This document shows positions 60,354-64,000 of a DNA stretch of 64,000 bases, piece by piece. The position numbers and the translations under genes were made by a program. Source of the stretch: an uncultured Bacillota bacterium (GTDB lineage Bacteria; Bacillota; Clostridia; Christensenellales; UBA1242); the NCBI GenBank assembly GCA_949292985.1, contig CASFBF010000001.1:23031-87030 (forward strand). The letters are read 5' to 3'. A model generated the notes under the pieces. The model saw nothing but the letters and a program-made list of their open reading frames with translations. It was not told the DNA's origin and did not search any database. The stretch's first letter is position 1. Each line of letters begins with the position of its first letter.

Positions 60354-61115
60354 ATGAGTGACATTGCCAAAGTAATTTTAGGGATAAGTTTCATTTTTAT
60401 TATGACATCGTTAGGTGCTCTAACGGCGTTTTTATTTAAAGATAAAGTTAGCATTAAGTTTAATAAATTGATTGTTGGCTTTTCATCAGGAATAATGATT
60501 GCTGCTTCAATTTGGTCGCTACTTTTACCTGCAATTGATGGGGCAGAACATTATGGCAATCTTAAATTTTTGCCAGCAGTGTTAGGTTTTTTTGTTGGTG
60601 GGCTATTCTTGGCTTTGATAGATTTTTGTTGTAAAAAGTTAAACCATGGTGGAATGAAAAAATCAAATAAATTATTTTTAGCAATGACTTTACACAACAT
60701 TCCAGAGGGGCTTGCGGTTGGTGTTGCATTTGGCAGTGCTTGGGCGTCGGGTGATGCATCAGCAATGGCGTTGGCATTAAGTTTGGCAATAGGAATGGGA
60801 ATACAAAATTTTCCTGAAGGTATGGCAATTGCTTTGCCTATGAAGCAGGCAACGGGCAGTAAATTTAAAGGTTGTTTAATGGGCATTCTTAGTGGAATTG
60901 TAGAGCCAATAGGCGCAATAGTTGGATTTTTCTTGGCATCGAGTATAACTGTTATCATGCCTTGGGCGCTTTCGTTTGCAGCGGGAGCAATGATATATGT
61001 TGTTGTAAGTGAATTGTTTCCTGAAAGCCAGGTGGGAGAAGGGGCAAGTTTGGGGACATGGGGAACGATGCTTGGATTTATGTTAATGATGGCGTTAGAT
61101 GTGGGGCTTGGATAA
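60354..61115 (+). CDS. zupT: ZIP-family divalent metal transporter (ZupT-like)
   Basis: HNIPEGLAVG and QNFPEGMA motifs in a polytopic protein. Confidence 0.88.
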   Translation: MSDIAKVILGISFIFIMTSLGALTAFLFKDKVSIKFNKLIVGFSSGIMIAASIWSLLLPAIDGAEHYGNLKFLPAVLGFFVGGLFLALIDFCCKKLNHGGMKKSNKLFLAMTLHNIPEGLAVGVAFGSAWASGDASAMALALSLAIGMGIQNFPEGMAIALPMKQATGSKFKGCLMGILSGIVEPIGAIVGFFLASSITVIMPWALSFAAGAMIYVVVSELFPESQVGEGASLGTWGTMLGFMLMMALDVGLG

Positions 61116-61137
61116 AAAAAACGCCTAATAAGGCGTT
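61113..61137 (-). terminator. intrinsic terminator of the MBL hydrolase gene
   Basis: The minus strand reads ACGCCT-tatt-AGGCGT followed by TTTTTTTT. Confidence 0.7.
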
Positions 61138-61750
61138 ATCTAGAAAGAAATCTTATAAATAAATTCAAATTGCGTTTTTGTTGCTGAGCATTTGACATTT
61201 CACCATGGCCACTGGCAACTGTGTCAAAAGCAATTTTATTTTGAATGTAACTTAAACTTTCCAGCATTTCTTGTTTGCTTCCGCCGTAAAGGTCGGTTCT
61301 GCCAATGCCCTGTTTAAACAGCACATCACCAGCAAAGAAAGTTCCATCGATTAAATAACACATAGAACACTTAGAATGCCCAGGTAGTAAAGTCGCTGAA
61401 ATTTCAAACTCGCCCAACGAAAAATCTTGTTTATCTTCCAAAAATACAAAATTTGAAAAATCATTTATTTTAAAACTCTCTCCATAATTTTTGGCTGGAT
61501 CTGAAAGATTTTCTACAATTTTTTTTGAAGCGTAAATTTTACAATTAAAATGCTTTGAAATTTCAAGTGCGTTAAAAGCATGGTCATAATGTCCGTGCGT
61601 TAAAAGCAAGCCTTTAATTACATGACCATCAACTTTTTTTTCTATTTCGTTTAAATCTGCTCCCGCATCGACAATCAGGCATTCGTCTGATTTTTTTACA
61701 ACATATGTGTTGCTTTCAAGCAAGTTTGAGATAATTTGTTCTATTTGCAT
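61136..61750 (-). CDS. MBL-fold metallo-hydrolase (glyoxalase II-like)
   Basis: LLTHGHYDH metal motif, a downstream PGHS and a C-terminal GHG. Confidence 0.85.
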   Translation of the reverse strand: MQIEQIISNLLESNTYVVKKSDECLIVDAGADLNEIEKKVDGHVIKGLLLTHGHYDHAFNALEISKHFNCKIYASKKIVENLSDPAKNYGESFKINDFSNFVFLEDKQDFSLGEFEISATLLPGHSKCSMCYLIDGTFFAGDVLFKQGIGRTDLYGGSKQEMLESLSYIQNKIAFDTVASGHGEMSNAQQQKRNLNLFIRFLSR

Positions 61751-61789
61751 GTTTTAATTATACTCTCTTATATTTTTAAACACAAATGC

Positions 61790-61818
61790 TTGACAATAAA
61801 AAATAAAAATGGTAGAAT
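61790..61818 (+). promoter_or_regulatory. sigmaA-type promoter TTGACA-17-TAGAAT of tRNA-Trp
   Basis: The hexamers were read directly, about 15 nt upstream of the tRNA 5' end. Confidence 0.6.
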
Positions 61819-61832
61819 TTTTTTACCTTTGT

Positions 61833-61906
61833 AGGGGTGTAGTTTAGTGGTAAAACAGTGGTCTCCAAAACCATTGTCGAGGGTTCAATTCCTTCCACCC
61901 CTGCCA
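61833..61906 (+). tRNA. trnW: tRNA-Trp (anticodon CCA), CCA end encoded
   Basis: Acceptor stem AGGGGTG/CACCCCT, a D-arm with GTGG, anticodon loop CTCCAAA, a T-arm GGTTCAATTCC, discriminator G and CCA. Confidence 0.93.
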
Positions 61907-62017
61907 ATTAGAAAAAACACAATATATGGAGCATATATAAATTGAAAACCACTATATCTTGTATATAAAAAAATTTAGGAACAATTTAGGAACAGAAAAT
62001 AAAAAACGACCTTAAAA

Positions 62018-63181
62018 CTAGGTCGATTTTTTTAATCTTGATTGTAATTTATTTATTAAATCTTCTTCTTCATTAGGCATAAGGTGCGCGTAAGTATTTA
62101 AAGTTTGCTCTATACTGCTGTGACCTAGTCTTTTGGCGACTGCAACAATTGACGCACCTTGACTTATCAATAGGCTTGCATGGCTATGTCTTAAATCATG
62201 AACCCTAATTATTTTTACATTAGCTTCTTTGGCAGCGTTAGTAAGATATCTGCAGATGCTGGTTTCTGGCAATGGTGCAGTTCCTCCAAATACGAATTGT
62301 CCTAATGTATTGTTTTGTTTTTGAACTTCATGTAGTTTTTGAATCATATTAGATAGATTGTCGCTTATTTTAATTTTTCGCACAGAACTTGCGTTTTTAG
62401 GGGTGGTAACCATCCATGAAGCGCCAGTCACCTTTTTTGATATAGATTTGTTTATATTTAGTGTCTTATTTTTTAAATCCCAATCACTCCAATATGTCGC
62501 TAGCATTTCGCCTTTTCTTGCGCCAGTTAAATAAAGGGCGGTGTAGAAAACCTGATATTCAAAATCATGAACATTTTTTATTACACTATCAAATTCTTCT
62601 GGCGTCCAGATAAGCATTTCATGCGTTGGCTCCAGATTTCTAAAGCCATCGACTTTACGTAATTGATTTGGAATATCATAATATTTTTCTGCATAACGCA
62701 ACAATCCAGATAAACATGTTCTTAAATGACATTTGTAATTATAGCTATAATTTGTTAAAGAGTTCTGCCAATCCAAAATTTGTTTTGGAGTTATTTTTGC
62801 AACGTCGCTTTTTCCAAAATAATCAAGTAACTTTTTGGATTTAGAAACGAAATCATAATGTGTGCTTGGTTTTGTCCGTGTTTTTAAATAAGTTTCGTAT
62901 TCGTTGTATAATTCTTTAAAAGTTAAGTTCTTTTTTATTTTTTTATTTGTCGAAGGATTGTTAATATTAAATTCAAACACGGCATTTTGTGCTTCTTTTT
63001 TTGTTTGAAATCCAGATAATCTTTTTTGTATTTCAATTCCGTTTGCATTCACAAATCTAAAACGCGCCGACCAGCTTATATTAAAAGAATTGCCACCGCA
63101 ATGTTTGCAGTGACCTGCTTCGTCTAGACTTACATTCTTTTTACAGTTTTTGCAGTAATAAACTTTTTCAAAGCTTGCCAT
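62018..63181 (-). CDS. int: tyrosine-type site-specific integrase with an N-terminal zinc ribbon
   Basis: CKNCKK...CKHCGG N-terminus. Catalytic region GARKGE, HDLRHSHASLL and LGHSSIEQTLNTYAHL (R-H-R-Y). Confidence 0.93.
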   Translation of the reverse strand: MASFEKVYYCKNCKKNVSLDEAGHCKHCGGNSFNISWSARFRFVNANGIEIQKRLSGFQTKKEAQNAVFEFNINNPSTNKKIKKNLTFKELYNEYETYLKTRTKPSTHYDFVSKSKKLLDYFGKSDVAKITPKQILDWQNSLTNYSYNYKCHLRTCLSGLLRYAEKYYDIPNQLRKVDGFRNLEPTHEMLIWTPEEFDSVIKNVHDFEYQVFYTALYLTGARKGEMLATYWSDWDLKNKTLNINKSISKKVTGASWMVTTPKNASSVRKIKISDNLSNMIQKLHEVQKQNNTLGQFVFGGTAPLPETSICRYLTNAAKEANVKIIRVHDLRHSHASLLISQGASIVAVAKRLGHSSIEQTLNTYAHLMPNEEEDLINKLQSRLKKST

Positions 63182-63807
63182 TAGTGCACGCTCCTTCGCA
63201 CTTCTTTTACAATGCCCAAAATAGTGATAGGCAGTTCTATAACTTCTTTATTCGTGAAAAATAGTGGTTCATAATCTGGGTTAAGCGGCATCAGGGTGAT
63301 GCCGTTTTCTTTTTTTAATACTTTTTTGAAAGTGCATTCAGTGTGGTTAATCGAAACTGCGCAATAGTCGCCGTTCTCACAATCATCTTGTTGTTTAAGA
63401 ATTAAAATGTCACCATCTTCAAACTTTGGCATCATAGATTGTCCTCGAACTTTTAAACAAAAATAGGTGTTATCGCCTTTAAGCCAGTCAGCGGGAATTT
63501 CCTCTTCGTCTTCGATAAAAGAGTCATCCACCATCTCAATAGGGATGCCTGCGGGTATTTCGCCGAATACAGGAATTTTGACAACAGTTCTGTTAAGCTG
63601 CATTCCGCGGATGTTTCTATCGCTTCTGCCAGTTAGATAGTCTATTGAAACATCAAAAAAAGAAGCAATGGATTTAAGTGTTTCTAAATCTGGTTCACTG
63701 CCGCCAGTTTCATACATTGTGATTGTAGATCTAGCCAAACCTAACTTTTCGGCTAGCTTTTCTTGCGTTATTTTTCTGCTTTTTCTAAGTTCTCTTAATC
63801 TTAACAT
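63181..63807 (-). CDS. phage CI/LexA-like repressor (XRE HTH plus S24 peptidase domain)
   Basis: LRELRKSRKITQEKLAEKLGLARSTITMYETG (HTH) and VRGQSMMPKFEDGDILILK (S24 Ser site). A GGAG RBS precedes the ATG at 63807. Confidence 0.9.
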   Translation of the reverse strand: MLRLRELRKSRKITQEKLAEKLGLARSTITMYETGGSEPDLETLKSIASFFDVSIDYLTGRSDRNIRGMQLNRTVVKIPVFGEIPAGIPIEMVDDSFIEDEEEIPADWLKGDNTYFCLKVRGQSMMPKFEDGDILILKQQDDCENGDYCAVSINHTECTFKKVLKKENGITLMPLNPDYEPLFFTNKEVIELPITILGIVKEVRRSVH

Positions 63808-63826
63808 GTTAACTCCTGTAATTATT

Positions 63827-63929
63827 ATGTCAAATATATTGACATTTTTCAAGATTTTTTAAAAAAAATATGTCAAATTACTTGACAATATCGATTTTAT
63901 ATATTACAATATGTCAAGAAACTTGACAA
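63827..63929. promoter_or_regulatory. lysogeny-switch region with repeated operators ATGTCAA-N5-TTGACA(T) and divergent promoters
   Basis: O1 is 63827-63845 (perfect 7-bp arms), O2 is 63870-63888 and O3 is 63911-63929. The rightward promoter is TTGACA (63882)-17-TACAAT. The leftward promoter is TTGAAA-17-CATAAT and flanks O1. Confidence 0.7.
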
Positions 63930-63941
63930 AAGGAGGTAAAA

Positions 63942-64000
63942 ATGAATTTAAAACAATTGCGTATGTCAAAAAAGTTGACGCAAAAACAACTTGCAGAAAG
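63942..64000 (+). CDS. cro/XRE-like HTH protein, N-terminal fragment (3' end off the window)
   Basis: An AGGAGG RBS precedes MNLKQLRMSKKLTQKQLAE, a typical XRE helix-turn-helix start. Confidence 0.75.
   Translation, partial: MNLKQLRMSKKLTQKQLAE

Larger units (their letters stand above)
61907..64000. mobile_element. left end of a prophage or integrative element inserted at tRNA-Trp (continues beyond the window)
   Basis: A tyrosine integrase next to the tRNA 3' end is followed by a CI/LexA-like repressor divergent from a cro-like HTH gene, with repeated operators. Confidence 0.8.

Noticed and set aside
60134-60361. A 75-aa plus-strand ORF in the track spanning the era end and element B.
   Set aside because: It overlaps the era 3' end out of frame, reads through the nested palindrome and the T-run, and has no RBS. 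I treat it as an artefact.

Overview
This 64-kb window is a chromosomal segment from a low-GC, endospore-forming Firmicute with Clostridia-like gene content and Bacillus/Clostridium-type synteny. All calls rest on motif and synteny recognition by eye; no database search or folding program was run.

The window is almost entirely compact core genome:
- A dcw/sporulation cluster: mraY-murD-ftsW ... murA-ftsQ-ftsA-ftsZ-spoIIGA-sigE-sigG-ylmC.
- nrdR, feoAB, der-plsY, spoIVA, and rpmB facing yloU/yloV.
- tlyA, alr, prfB (with its programmed +1 frameshift, which the ORF track misses), tsaD and a U32 peptidase.
- The CIRCE-controlled hrcA-grpE-dnaK-dnaJ operon, then rsmE-mtaB, rpsU and pcrA-ligA.
- The str operon rpsL-rpsG-fusA-tuf, then sepF-lspA-rluD, rplU-prp-rpmA, ogg, nfeD-floA, yqfC-yqfD, ybeY-era, a ZIP transporter and an MBL hydrolase.
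- A single tRNA-Trp, followed by the left end of an integrated prophage: integrase, CI/LexA-like repressor, operator array and a partial cro-like gene.

No rRNA genes and no CRISPR array are present.

The most unusual signals are:
1. Two GC-rich, almost perfectly stacked four-way-junction (cloverleaf-like) elements, each with a GCGAGC...GCTCGC closing stem and each starting exactly at a TAG stop codon (20652-20749 and 60199-60282).
2. A SpoVM-like 33-aa micro-ORF convergent with rpmB.
3. A 63-aa tandem Gly/Cys-rich tiny membrane protein, divergent from a 1359-aa multi-Ig-like surface protein that has a C-terminal anchor.
4. A CxC-rich, metallothionein-like N-terminus on GrpE.
5. A consensus promoter that makes a membrane-protein gene leaderless.
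6. An orphan micro-ORF transcription unit downstream of nrdR.
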